Shown piece after piece: positions 41,366 through 54,976 of a stretch of DNA of 64,000 nucleotides. The first letter of the stretch is position 1, and every line of letters starts with the position of its first letter. The position numbers and the translations under genes are program-made. The DNA comes from Eledone cirrhosa. Lineage: Eukaryota. The notes under the pieces were generated by a model. That model did no database searches. It saw only the letters and a list, made by a program, of their open reading frames with translations, and was not told the origin of the DNA. The stretch spans positions 104,284,001 to 104,348,000 of the forward strand of contig OZ024741.1 of the NCBI GenBank assembly GCA_964016885.1. The letters run 5' to 3'.

Positions 41366-43468
41366 TATAACAGCGACACTGGGTTGTATGAATATAACAA
41401 GACACTCGGTTGTATGTACAATATTTATTTAACAAGGTTGAGTTATGTAGAGCAGAATAGTTGACATGCCAAGAGAGATGAAAGAATGAATTAAAGTTAT
41501 TTGTTTACCCTTTGAAGTCATCGCGTATTAGACCAAGGGGTCTTTACATTACCATGTTCAGGTTGCCAGAGAGTATACTCTCGGCGGAACGAGCCTGGCC
41601 GAAGGGCCAGGTAGGTTAAAAGAGAGGGAGTTAGCTTTCGGCTCTCTCCTTTATAGTTCCCTCGGGCGGAAGTCCCTAAGAAGGTTCTGCCACCTCAACG
41701 GGAAGTAACTCCAGCTACTTTCTGTCTAGAGAGCGCCACCGGCGATGTGATCGCCACAACAAGGGAGGCAACTCTTGCTACATTATCTCCCGCCAGATTT
41801 TTAAAACATAAAAATCGAATCAACCATGTATGAAGTAAGACAGCGAGCATGTAACACCAAAGTCCAGGCATGAAAATTACAAAAAAATAATGTTTGCAAT
41901 AAAAGCAAAACAGCAAAATATAAGCATGCAAAAATTAATGATAGATATCAAGGTAGCCAACCGCTCTTGGTCAGAGAACGACTGGACATCTATCTATCCA
42001 TCACACAAAGATACAATGTAATCAATCTAAAAGAAGAGGTCAAAGGAGCAAAGAAACGTGCTCGAACATAGTTATTAAAAAAAAAAGGTTCAAATGTTCA
42101 AAATACAGTTCACAGGTGACAGCAGGAAAGAAAGTGTGTCCTCAAGAGAATGTATGCAGGTGGTTTCTGGACTGTGGTACAACGTGAAATTCCCAACCTC
42201 CGAAGGCTGGTGGTATTTTCTCACAGGAAGAGTGCTGCAAAAATAAATTCTCTGTGTTTTGTTCTGCTGGTTTTGGTTGTTGATAAAGCAAAGATGAAGC
42301 TGTGTTGTTGTTGTCTCGCGGAGTGAGCCTATTCGATGTTGTTTATATTCACAGTAAAAAGTTTCCCAGAAAAGATGAGTTGCGCAAAGTGCTAGAACTA
42401 ACAGCCAAAGTTGATGGTCGATGTTGAGAACACATTGACCTGGAAGGGTCAAGGGGCCAGCGCCCAAAGAAATAAGCATTCTGAATAAATGCGCAGTTTT
42501 CAACGGCAAATTTACGTGGTAAATTTTTAAACCGGCAAATAGGAGAATATAGCTTAAGGCTGGAGAATCCTTGGCAAGAAACATTATCCATGGTGTGTGT
42601 TATCTCAGTGAGTCGAGATGTGTGCTCCCACACGTGCCGAAACAAGGTTAAAGTCAAGTTGAAAAAAAAATATTTCTATTGCGCGAGAAAATGGCGCAAA
42701 ATGATAGTGCAACAGGTCGTTGGCAGCCATTTTGAAAAAATTGTGTGTGAACGTGTGATAATATGAGGAAAAATAAGTAAAGGCTATATTCACTTTGTAT
42801 ATGGCGAGAGATCAATTTTTTTTTTTGAAAGTGATGAAAAAGTAGTGACATTTAAACGATGTAAACACGTGAGGTGAAAAGCGAAATTTTTTCTTGTCTG
42901 TTTGCTGCTGAGGAAAAGATTACTTATATTTTTCGTTGTAGAAAAAAATCCATGTGGAATGTTGTAGAAAAAATGTTGTAGAAAAATCCATGTGGAATGT
43001 TGTTAGAGGAATTTTTTCTTTTTGAAATACTGCTAATTAATTTTCTTTTTTTTTTATATTCACACAAGACCAGGTCCTATTATTTATTTTTTTCGGGGTC
43101 ACCAATTATAACAGGAGACACTGGGTTGTATGAATATAACAAGACACTCGGTTGTATGTACAATATTTATTTAACAAGGTTGAGTTATGTAGAGCAGAAT
43201 AGTTGACATGCCAAGAGAGATGAAAGAATGAATTAAAGTTATTTGTTTACCCTTTGAAGTCATCGCGTATTAGACCAAGAGGTCTTTACATTACCATGTT
43301 CAGGTTGCCAGAGAGTATACCCTCGGCGGAACGAGGGTATACTCTCTGGTATACTCTCAGGTTAAAAGAGAGGGAGTTAGCTTTCGGCTATAGTTCCCTC
43401 GACCGGAAGTCCCTAAGAAGGTTCTGCCACCTCAACGGGAAGTAACTCCAGCTACTTCCTGTCTAGAG
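41366..43468 (-). mobile_element. Non-autonomous LTR retroelement copy 3 (3' LTR 41366-41782; truncated 5' LTR 43107-43468)
   Basis: Intact PBS TGGTGACCCCGA (43093-43104), PPT at 41783-41796, and an internal region homologous to copies 1 and 2. Confidence 0.92.
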
Positions 43469-43469
43469 T

Positions 43470-44009
43470 CATAGCACCAGGTCATATAATTATCAAATAA
43501 ATAGATATAATCAAAGAATAAAGCAGTACAGACAAGCAGGCTGTTCCAAGCTAATCAGAAAATAATTAATCAAGAAATATAATGGGGAAAACAAGCAATG
43601 AAAGAGTTATACCGGATGTGGAAGAGATCCAGCTGTTTTGGAGTGAGATATAGAATAAAGAAGAGATGAATGGTGCTAACGTAAAGTAGCTGAGAAATTT
43701 GAAACAATCTGTGTTTTGCTCACAACAGAAAGAAATTTGGATCATCGAAAACAGCATTCGACTTATGAGGAGAAAGATGAGTAATTGAAAAGCAGCTGGA
43801 CCTGATATATCTCGTCTGACTACCTGATACTTCGTGGCTACGTTTAAGCCCTCTGTCACTCTCTTCTTCTGACCTCCCCTTTTTAGCCACTGGAATGACT
43901 TTTTATCTCCATGCCCTTTAGTATTTTTGAAAAATTTTCCGTGTAAGCTTTTCCACTCATAATTTTCTAGTTTTGAGGTTTGAGGACTTCGCTGCTGCTG
44001 CTGCTGCTG

Positions 44010-44072
<63 letters not shown>

Positions 44073-44430
44073 TGTGTAGAAGGAGAAGAGATGGTGGCGC
44101 AAGTGGTCTTTGAATGTAAGATGCTTGCTCAAAAATATAATAACTGAAGATATGACAATGTTGCCACACTTTCCCATTGGTGACTGTTTAAAAAGATTGA
44201 ATTTAAACATGCGAAGACGTGGAATGACAACAAACCAGAACTTATCTTTGAAAACAACCATGACAAAGTATCATGGGACATGAAGTTTCAAATAGGTAAA
44301 AAATCATTCACTCCCAGATATTGTTATACTCAATAAAGAGGAAATAGATTATTTGTTAATTGATGTTGCCTGCCAATTTTATATAAGAGTGGTAAACAAA
44401 GAACGCGAGAAAATAGAACAGTACCAAGAT
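43470..44430 (+). mobile_element. Highly decayed RLE-type LINE remnant
   Basis: Fragments resembling IQ.FWS.I, NWKAAGPD, KVSWDM.F, PDIVI..K..YL.IDVA. Confidence 0.5.
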
Positions 44431-46310
44431 CTGAAATACGAAACAACTATACCTAAGATCTGAAATACTAGAGACAACTATATGTACAGAACGAAGCCTA
44501 GTTGAGAAGAATAAAAAATATTTAACAGCATAAACAATAACAGCATAAAGAAACACATTGGTTGACGAAGCTATAAATCGAGGCTGTAAGAGTGAATGAG
44601 GTAAACGATGTTAGTGACATTAATAACATAAATATTGATGTACATAACGATAATAATGTTAATATTGTAAATATTACTATTACTGAACATAGAGACGAGC
44701 GTGTCATATTTCAGCGGTGCGGAAAACATCGGTCATTATTGCTACTAAAATTCAGGCACAATCCGTAGGGATTGAAGAGAAAATGGACGATGACTGCGAC
44801 AGGTCTCATGAACAGACTCAAGTCACTCAGATGAATTACAGAGAGTCTTTAAAAAAAAACGCGGGTAATACCAACTTAAATTCCGAGGTGCTAGGTTCAG
44901 TGACGCAAGGAAAATATCAATATTTTGCAATAGAAAATGTAGGTTTAAATAAATAATGTATTTTTACTAAATATAAGATCCAATAACAGAGAATGGATGA
45001 TTGGAAAAATAAACAGATACTCTATGTACATTGGTGTTATGTAAGATAACACCGATGACAGTAGATAACCCAAATGACACTTCAAGAAAGATTAAGAATA
45101 ATACGCCTGTTTTAAGCAACGATGAATAAATGTGACTCCAAATACTCTACTTTATTAAATATAAATAAGCATTTAAAGTTTAAAATTTCTGGTTACCCTA
45201 TTATTTTAAAACTACGCATTATAAAACAACTCCCCAAAACATCGAAAGGAGAACATGTATTCATAAAAAAGAAGCAGATAAAGATTTGAAACGTTTATGA
45301 AAGCCATTTTGGAAAAAGAATCTCAGTACAGCAAACATAAAGCAGGTATACTACTGATTTCTCGGCAACTGATGGTACAGTAACTCTTTTAATCTATATA
45401 TACGATAATTGCCAATCTGTTTCTTATGGGCAGTAACATAACTACAACCATCTCCAAACTACTCGCTTTGACTGGAGATGAGAATAGTATACTTCAGAAC
45501 ATCCTTAATTCAATATGGACGGCATGCGTAGCATCAGTACCACGTAAGCACAAAACACATTTGGGAAACTACAACAGCCCGACTTGACAGAAAAGAGCGT
45601 TTGAAAAAAACATTGATCAAAATCTTTCAAATATTTTCTTTAAAATTTCATAAAAAACTTCTCCCAAAATTTAGAAGCATGTCACAGTGCTGAAATATGT
45701 AGAGGACATCAGAGGACATCAAACTGTACCTTGAGATAAAAAAGACATATCCTGTACACTATATATCTTTCCTGCAATCAGACCTAGACACAATGCAGCA
45801 ATAGATTACGGACTGGCAACTTAAGCTGGCTGTGGATAAGTATACGACCATGCAATTTTTTTGGAAAAACCCAGCTTTCACATACTCCCTCCACAACAAC
45901 AATCTAAAGAAGTCTTCTTGTAAATGTGACCTGGGCATTATTGTCAACAGCGATTTGTGTCCTCTGGGGCATGTTGCTCGTTGCTGTCTTTGACAGCATT
46001 TAGCTGTTTTAACGGCTCTTCTAGCGATGTTTTCTCATTTTTATCTGTATTCATATACACTCTCGTATGTATATATATATATATATATACATATATGTCG
46101 GGTCAGTCTTGAGTGCTAGTGGTAACATGTAACCCAGTACAACCTGTCGCATGGTCGTGTCGTCGGCAACTAAACCGGCAACCCCACCAAGTTTACTTGG
46201 TGAGGAGGATGATTTTGGACACAGAACCTGACAAAGGGCGGAAAAACTTATAAGAGTCAACGGCCATCCAAAAATGTGTAAATATGTATATACACATGTA
46301 CATATGTATG

Positions 46311-46412
<102 letters not shown>

Positions 46413-46830
46413 CATGTATGCATCTGTATGTAGATGCGCGGGGACATAGAAATAATCGGGCTAGATACCCGATTGCGCGGTTAAACCACTGGGAGTGAAG
46501 GACCCCTAGCCTTTGTCAGGGCATTCTTCTAGGAGAAGGCAACTCAGGAAACTGGGATAACTCCGACATAAAACCTGCGGCTCAGTAGTTACCGATGATG
46601 TTGATCTTTTCTTCTTTTCGGGTTACAGCTACTGTCGCTCAGAGAGTGGGATTGGCTCAGTGCACAGTCTTTCCTCACTTTAAAAAAAATCCTTCACGCA
46701 CATGCTTGCAAGGTAGCATTAATTAATAATTATTAATAATGTTATAACGTGCAATGGCCATACTCGATACCGAGCCATCATATCCATATATGTAAGTATA
46801 CATTTGTATACACACACACACGCGCGCACG

Positions 46831-46864
<34 letters not shown>

Positions 46865-47329
46865 CACATATATATATATATATACGTGTGTGCATCAGTG
46901 TTGCATCATTTCAATATCAATTAGCTAATGTAAAACAAAACAACAATAACATCATATTTCCCGACTGGGGTGGGGGTGGGGTGGGGCAGAAATTAAGCTT
47001 AATAGAAAAGATTTTTTTTTTACTCTTTATTGTAATCATTATGAATGGGTGATTGTATAGTTTAGGTCAACTAATTAACACTTGTTTCATCCGAACTGTC
47101 CTGGGAGTGTCATATTCCTTTTCCTTAGTATTGTGTTGTGTATTTAGTATATAGTCGCTACTAACGCTACAGATGTAGTAGTAGGGGGTGAGAAGCTTTG
47201 GCTCTTTCAACTGACAACCGCCATAACACAGCCACACCAAACATTCTATTAATGGTTCACTTGCTATCAATGCATCAGTATTGGTAATTACAGAGGGCGT
47301 TACCGTGAGTATACATGTATGTCTATACA

Positions 47330-47388
<59 letters not shown>

Positions 47389-47391
<3 letters not shown>

Positions 47392-47693
47392 GTATTAATA
47401 TGTAAGGGAACAAAGAATCAGTGTTGCATCATATACATATGTTTCATTGTCGATCAGCTCTAGGAACGATCTATTAATGATCGAACCTGACTCTGGAATC
47501 GGAAGCTTCTCAGATATGTTTAGACTCGAGTCTACATGTTAAAACATATTTGAGGAGCTTTCGATTCCAGAGTCAGGTTCGATCATTAATAGATCATTCC
47601 TCGAGCTGATCGACAGTGAAACATATGTAATATGTAATTAAATATGTATATGATGCAATACTGATTCTTTGTTCCCTTATATATTAATACTAT
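47389..47693. repeat. Fold-back palindrome of two head-to-head HHR-bearing pseudo-LTRs
   Basis: Arms ~47389-47527 and ~47528-47693 are centred on tagactc|gagtcta. Cores are TTGAGGA (+) and CTGAGAA (-), each with GAAA catatg TA. Confidence 0.85.
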
Positions 47694-47810
47694 TGATACT
47701 CTGCTCCCCAAGAACATCAAGTGCTCATTCGATATACCGATTATGGACGCACTTTATTTGTACCTTAATACCTATATATATATATATATGTGTGTGTGTG
47801 TCTATACACG

Positions 47811-47846
<36 letters not shown>

Positions 47847-48019
47847 ATAAGTATGGACGAGGTGTCAAATATTCATTAAGTTTGTTCAAATGTGACGCAC
47901 AGAGATCGAACCCGATCGACATACTCCCTCCACAACACCAATCTAAAGAAGTCCTCTGGGGGAATTTTGCCCATCGCTGTCTTTGACAGCATTTAGTTGT
48001 TTTAAGGGCTGTTCTGGCA

Positions 48020-48815
48020 TTTTCCTATGCAGTACAGTATTAATAAATAATCCAACGAAGTCCGTTACTTGCGCCGAGTCAGATGATCCCATAGTGATAT
48101 CAAAATTGTTTTTTCTGTCGGTTCTTGTCCAGAGATGATTATTAAATTCTATTAGGGTTTTACGTACTGTTAGAATTATATTCATTTCTTCACTAGATAG
48201 GTCTGTATGTTTAGACGCGTAGATAAATGCCTTATTAAGTAAGCTAGGGGTAATAGAGGAGTAGTAATTTGCAATATCCATTTGAATGAATTTTTTGTTA
48301 TGTTTTGATTTTATGTTATTAAACTAATCTATAACTTCATTAGTACCGTTCCATAGTTTAAGGTGTGATTTTTCTTTAAGTAGTGGTATAATTCTATCTA
48401 ATATATGCTTGCTAATTATGCCTAAGTCCGATTTAGATGGTGCGATGAGTCTGACTGGTATTTCAATTTCAAAGTTTCTTTTGTGGTCCTTCAGGTTAAT
48501 CTTCGGTTTTCTAGGTATAAAGGGTTCGGTCCTATTTTGAATGCCTAATTTATAAATAATTTCCGAAGCTTCACTATTTAACGTTGAAAGATCTTCATTT
48601 GATGTTATTTTGTAGTTTTTACAGAGTTCTTTCAATATAGGTTATTATATTCGTCCTTTTCCATACCATATAAATTATTTGTTTTGTCAGATTTTACCAG
48701 GATCCTCTTTGTTTTTGCTAGATTGTCTATTTTATTCTTGAAGCCTTTAAGGTACTCCTGGCCGATAAATTGGTTTCTTCTGAATTTAATGTTTTGTATA
48801 ATAGAGATTATTTCA
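48020..48815 (-). mobile_element. PLE RT N-terminal fragment
   Basis: VKSDKTNNLY, LKDHKRNF..RLIAPSKSDLG, MDIANYYSSI, FDITMGSSDSAQVTDFVG. Confidence 0.88.
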
Positions 48816-49233
48816 TTTTTCTTTTTTTTTTCTTCTTCCTACTCATACATACATATATCCTAATTATTTAAATTCTGCATAGCGTCTAAAATAACGCTTT
48901 TTCAGCCCTATACCTCAACCTCATTAGCATACTCATCTTAATAATTTGAAATATCTGACTTTTCTTCTCTTTTCCCTTCACTATCCAAGAAAAACTTGAA
49001 CCGTTAAGGTATCTTTTCTTGGTTATGTCAAAATTTATAAAACAAACTTTGTATTTTATCTGATGAAAGCGTACCAAAGTTTTGATACCCTTGAAATATA
49101 TATAATAGAATAAATATGGTTTTATAAATATAGTTTCCATTTATTTAATATCATTGAAAATCTGTCGAGTGCTCTAAATCAGTTATAAACATTTATATTT
49201 GTTGAATTACCAACAAATTGAATATCCCTTTTG

Positions 49234-49273
<40 letters not shown>

Positions 49274-49279
<6 letters not shown>

Positions 49280-49775
49280 GTGTAATGAGTTCAAATCTCA
49301 AGCATTCCTTTACAATGAAAATAGCTCAAAGAAAAGAATATTTCTGAGCCGTGTAATAAATATAAATCAATATATATGATGAAACACAGATACCAACATA
49401 TCTTTGTTTATATTGCAAAAGGAATTAAGTTAGCTAGAATGAAATATACTAATTATAATATTACAGCCTGCCTACATCGATTTAAAATAATAAATCAACA
49501 CAAACAAACAGTATTGGCAAATGGCCATTTACCAATACTGTTTGTTTGTGTTGATTTATTATTTTAAATCGATGTAGGCAGGCTGTAATATTATAATTAG
49601 TATATTTCATTCTAGCTAACTTAATTCCTTTTGCAATATAAACAAAGATATGTTGGTATCTGTGTTTCATCATATATATTGATTTATATTTATTACACGG
49701 CTCAGAAATATTCTTTTCTTTGAGCTATTTTCATTGTAAAGGAATGCTTGAGATTTGAACTCATTACACTTAATA
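49274..49775. repeat. 502-bp spacer-less palindrome
   Basis: Centre ATGG|CCAT at 49524/49525; one mismatch seen (49518/49531); identical ORFs on both strands in the track. Confidence 0.95.
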
Positions 49776-50215
49776 AAATTGCTCCTTAGGTTGAGCTGAT
49801 AGTAGCCCCATATATACGGCTGTTATTTCTAGCAGTACGCGTATGAGGCTGGCTAGAAACTGTAAAACCATGTGCGTTAAACAGTCTTTTAAAATATTTG
49901 GAAGTGAAGCATATCAATTTGTTCTGGGTGTTTACTGAAGAGAGCGGGACATGATATCCTTACACTTATTTATCTCGAAACATATTTGGATTTTAAAGTT
50001 TAAACTTATCTACGGAACAGGTTTGATTTTGAAATTTAAATTTGTCTAAACACCATGGCCATTTGCCAATACTGTTTGTTTGTGTTGATTTATTATTTTA
50101 AATCGATGTAGGCAGGCTGTAATATTATAATTAGTATATTTCATTCTAGCTAACTTAATTCCTTTTGCAATATAAACAAAGATATGTTGGTATCTGTGTT
50201 TCATCATATATATTG

Positions 50216-50224
<9 letters not shown>
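49521..50224 (+). mobile_element. ORF-less 534-bp partial-tandem double-HHR element (retrozyme/mini-PLE-like)
   Basis: 49521-49690 is repeated at 50055-50224. The unit holds a degenerate HHR (~49790-49890) and an intact HHR (49927-50054). Confidence 0.8.
49927..50054 (+). ncRNA. Intact type I hammerhead ribozyme with very long stem III; GUC at 50044-50046
   Basis: ggtgttta CTGAAGA gag..ctc GAAA [catatttggattttaaagtttaaactt..aggtttgattttgaaatttaaatttg] TC taaacacc: perfect 8-bp stem I. Confidence 0.88.
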
Positions 50225-50250
<26 letters not shown>

Positions 50251-50257
<7 letters not shown>

Positions 50258-50993
50258 AATTTATATCTAGTAACATTTATATACACACAGATGCATATCA
50301 ATGCTAGCAAATATATAGGTTTTGTCTTATTAACAATGTGGTTCAATGCATGGGGTTGCAGAACGATAATATGAGAGACGTAAAATAAGAAAATTATAAA
50401 ATTAACTTACTTACTAAAAAATCACTTCCAACTAATTAGTTTCTGGAATGGAGTAAATATATTTTCCGAAGAAACTTATAGAAAATCATTCCGTCATCAG
50501 GAAAGTCTTTTTCCGTATAGGTCTCCAGGCATAGCGAGGACACTGGAAACTTATTAAAAAAATAATTCAGTGGAATGGAAATAGCGATGCGTGGACTGGA
50601 TTCCAAGCCATTGAAAAAATCACTGCCTCTACGTCCGTGGCAAATTCAAAAAGAATCAATCACGTGACATCGAGGTCAATCAGTGGAAAGCGAGTGGTTA
50701 TTAAGACAGCGGCCAGCTTACTACCATAGTAGCAGTCATGGCCAAATATTGCTCGACAAATGAATTGGAGATAATTATAAGGAATTTATATCTAGTAACA
50801 TTTATATACACACAGATGCATATCAATGCTAGCAAATATATAGGTTTTGTCTTATTAACAATGTGGTTCAATGCATGGGGTTGCAGAACGATAATATGAG
50901 AGACGTAAAATAAGAAAATTATAAAATTAACTTACTTACTAAAAAATCACTTCCAACTAATTAGTTTCTGGAATGGAGTAAATATATTTTCCG

Positions 50994-50995
<2 letters not shown>
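50251..50995 (-). mobile_element. 525-bp-period partial tandem unit with an HHR-like core
   Basis: 50251-50470 is repeated at 50776-50995; on the minus strand CTGATGA cgga..ttcg GAAA at ~50464-50500; no stem I found. Confidence 0.6.
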
Positions 50996-51072
<77 letters not shown>

Positions 51073-51076
51073 TATA

Positions 51077-51177
<101 letters not shown>

Positions 51178-53149
51178 TTACATATATATATATCAAATAG
51201 AAGGTCATTTGTCTCTGATGTACTGACAATCTTAATAAATTATAGCTAAACACCACATAGAGAATTATATACATATATAGAGTGACTTTTACAAAGATAG
51301 CCATGGAAGATTCCTAGCAGTGCAGTCTAAAATAAGCCTGCGTTATCGTTAATATCGCTTTTCGTCATTTGACTTAGCAGTTACAAATATAGACGGTCCA
51401 AAAGTTTCCACCACTGTCCATTCAGATTTAATGGCATTACACGTCACCACAACTTGTCACAGGCACTGAGAGATATTATTGATGGATTAACAAACAGCGA
51501 CTTGCCAGGTGCCTTGTTAGCTTTTCATACAGCATTAGATAAAGGCGTGGCAGTTAGCAGGAAACCATTGAAACTATTGGTAAATCTGGTAAAAGCTCTT
51601 AAAGACAGAAACAAGACATAGAGGTTGTTGTAATTGCTGTCGTCATCGTTGTTATTGATGTTGTTGTTGTCGTCGTTGGTGTCATCGTCGTTGTTGTAAT
51701 TGTTATTGTTGTTGTTTATATTCACACCTGTTGTTTTTATTCATCTCCTGATTAACCCTGGCTTCATAAGCAGTCTTATGACAAAAAGACATTCTAAATG
51801 TGACCATTCAACCTTTGTTCACAAGCAGGAAGAAGTCTGAATCGCACTATCCAATGTGAATGTTTTTTAAGATGGTAAGATGTGATTTGAAAGAAATTTA
51901 GTTGTTATTTCTAGGAGGCTGGTTGTTATTATTGTGGCACTAACTGTGTCAGTACACAGGTTCTAATTTTGGTCCTGTCTCACAGGAATTAGATGGAGCC
52001 TTTATTAATTATATACAGTATCCTTGTTAATTATAATGGTAATGATGGACATAAGTCGCTTACGACGATGTTCCTTCTGTTGTTTGATTAACGAGACTTC
52101 AAATGCATGTATGAACGTTCAAGTGGTTGAGTATTCCACAGACAGGTGTACACTTCACGTAATTCTTAAGCAGAATCGGCGTGACAGTTTGAAACAACAA
52201 TAACAAAAAGGACAAGAAATAGGGAGAATTACTGACGGCTGCAGTTTTATGAAAGAATAAATAAGCAAAGCGTTCAGTGTGAAGTCAATTGATTTGACAT
52301 AGTACATATGAAGTTAGGAAAGTTGGACTTGGATTGAATTGCGTTATATGACCGAAAAAGCAATATCAAGTGTGTATATATATATATATATTAGAAAGTG
52401 AGGTTTTTTTTTACAAAATGAAAAATAACCGAGGTGTCCTACACGAGTGAAAGTATAAAGAAAAAAAGATGAAATCGAAAATGCAACTGGAGTCTTATTT
52501 AAAAAAAATATATATATATTTATTTGGTTCCTTTACCGGTTTCGCAGTTCTTCTGCTTTTCAAAAGTAGAGTTGAGATGGAGGGTCTGTGGTTTTTCTCA
52601 CATCTGGTTGGTCTTTGAATGTTACTTGTTTTATATGGAAAAAAGTGGCTCGAAACGCCAGGTTTTTAGAGAAGTAATTTGATTGGTTGGTCAATAAGTA
52701 TAATAAATTCGCGCCAGTTCGCGTTACAAAGTTCTTCAAACAGGGGGGGGGGGGGCAGGTTGTTTTTTCATATATGAGTGTTTGAATTTCTTTTTACTTA
52801 AAAAAAGGGGGGATCACGAAGGCTTTTTTTTTTATAAATGTAATTTGATTGGTTATAAATGAAATTATGGCTGTCACGTGAACAAGTTCATTAAATTTCG
52901 CGCCCGTATTTAGGAATTTATTTTGTAGCCTTTTAGAGAATTTTATGACAAACAAAAGATATGGTCAAGAGAAATGGGATGGGAGAATTGTTCTGGTTCA
53001 GTGAATATAGCAGGTTGTTTTTTCATATATGAGTGAAGTTTGGTTGATGTAGTCACGTGAATAAGTATATCAGCTTTCGCGATATAAAGCACCATAATTT
53101 ACCTTGGTCGCCCTTGAACATTTATTAATATATTGTGTATATATATATA

Positions 53150-53975
53150 TATATGAATAAAGTTAGTCCTTCATCAGTGATCTTCCAACCATCATTGGTA
53201 TTTCATCGCTTTAAAGACCATATACCTCCGGTTGGTGCGAGCAACGGCTAAAAAAAGTCGTTGGGACACGTAAATGAAGGGGACACAAGAGTGTAAACAA
53301 ACAAAGATGGTGAAGCAACGAAAAGTGAGGAAGAAGAAGTCAAGTCACAAATTTCCATGAATATAAGTTCGGTGAAATCGTGAACGAGAGAGAATAAAGA
53401 CCATCAAACCTGGTTGGAATGTGAGCAAGGAAGGAATTCCGTACAGGTCTAACGGGAGGAAGAAGGGATCTAGTCTGTGAATTCGGTGAACGTAAGTTCT
53501 GTGAAATCGTAGACGAGAGAGAGAAAAAAAGCGACCTGCCTGACCAAGGGTGCGAAAGAAAAGAATTACGCACAGGTCAAACGGGAAGAAGGGGGAGGAG
53601 GAGGAGGAGGAGAGGTTGTAACAGAGAGTGAGTGAGTGAAGGGTGAAGAAGAGGCTAACAGAGAGAGTGACTGTTAGAGAGGGTAAAGATACAGAGAAAG
53701 AGGAAGCAGTAAGAACGAAATAGACGGGTCATAGCGGGGGAAAAAATGTGTAAATATGAGAATAAACGTGCTGCGTGGTTGCTAATGGGTTAATATATAT
53801 ATACCATACCATCGTTGTTTGTTTACATGTCTCGCTCGTTTCACCCTAATTTACTTGTCCCAATAACTTTATTTATTATTGCTCGTACCAACCAGAGGTA
53901 TATGATTTTTAAAGCGATGAAATACCAATGAAAGTTGGAAGATCACTGATGAAGGACTAATTTTATTCATATGTA
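53150..53975. mobile_element. Element with ~170-bp diverged terminal inverted repeats (MITE/fold-back-like)
   Basis: ~53150-53330 is the approximate reverse complement of ~53805-53975. Confidence 0.6.
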
Positions 53976-54000
53976 ACCCATGTGCAACCACGCAGCGCTC

Positions 54001-54042
<42 letters not shown>

Positions 54043-54045
<3 letters not shown>

Positions 54046-54385
54046 TCTTTTGATAATGATACGCTGAAAGACACTATGGAAAAACTCCATGCATCTGTTA
54101 AAGAGTTAGTAGAAGAGGTTGATTCAGTGTCATTAACCGCCCATCGCTATTTACAGGATCTTGGACAGGTGTCTAAACTTGACAAGAGGACTCCAATTGA
54201 ACTGAGTATAAACGATCGAAGAAAACGCGTCAACATCTGCACATCTCTTGATTCTTGAGAGTGTAAGTCTCCATTTTTGATCAGTCTAGTAACCGGTGAT
54301 GTAAGAATGTTAAACACCGACGATACTGGACCCAATTACGACAACAAGCAAAACCTCATCCGAAAGAAGATCATCATTCTCCAGA
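54043..54385 (+). pseudogene. Mariner transposase remnant
   Basis: SVKELVEE..TAHRYLQDLGQVSKLDKRTPIELSINDRRKRVNICTSL..PFLISLVTGD, a decayed WVPHEL and first catalytic D region. Confidence 0.8.
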
Positions 54386-54551
54386 GGCGGTAGAACTGCG
54401 GGGCCAGGGTATGCATTCCCCACCAATAATTATATTTTTCTCCCCAAAGTACCAAAACACACATCTATTTGTACATGCAGTACAATTTATGTACATGTAG
54501 ATACAGAGAGGGGAAGAGTTTGGTGTTAACTGATATATAGAGGGAAGAGAT

Positions 54552-54588
54552 ATCTACCAGATATGCATTTTCTTTGTATATATATATA

Positions 54589-54641
<53 letters not shown>

Positions 54642-54645
54642 ATAT

Positions 54646-54682
<37 letters not shown>

Positions 54683-54707
54683 CAAAGAAAATGCATATCT
54701 GGTAGAT
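54552..54707. repeat. Inverted repeat around (TA)/(TG)/(CA) microsatellite
   Basis: atctaccagatatgcattttctttgtat.. and ..atacaaagaaaatgcatatctggtagat. Confidence 0.85.
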
Positions 54708-54976
54708 GGTAATTGAGCAGGGTGGACTTGTGTAGGGAGCAGGTTAAGAGTATTTCAGTATGTTGTAACAGCGCTGTTCTAGATATGTGACCAGTAGCAC
54801 ATAATGGAGTACTTAACAACGCCGAAAACATTTTCCTGTGTCGAAAAAGGAACCTAGTTTTGGTGAGGTAGAGTTCCTAATAATATATATACCAGTTCGT
54901 GTGTAAGTTGATACTTTTTTAGACCAGTTTTCGAACCTATAAATAAGGGGTAGATATTACACAGGCAAGCAATTAC

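Noticed and set aside
42090-42657. ORFs inside the LTR element as gag/pol
   Set aside because: The frames are not conserved among the three copies and no Zn-knuckle, RT or integrase motifs were found
49376-50276. Three copies of the ORF MMKHRYQH..
   Set aside because: By-product of the palindrome and tandem repeat, with no protein features
53915-53960. GAAA..CTGATGA as a type II hammerhead
   Set aside because: No stem I or properly placed NUH could be formed
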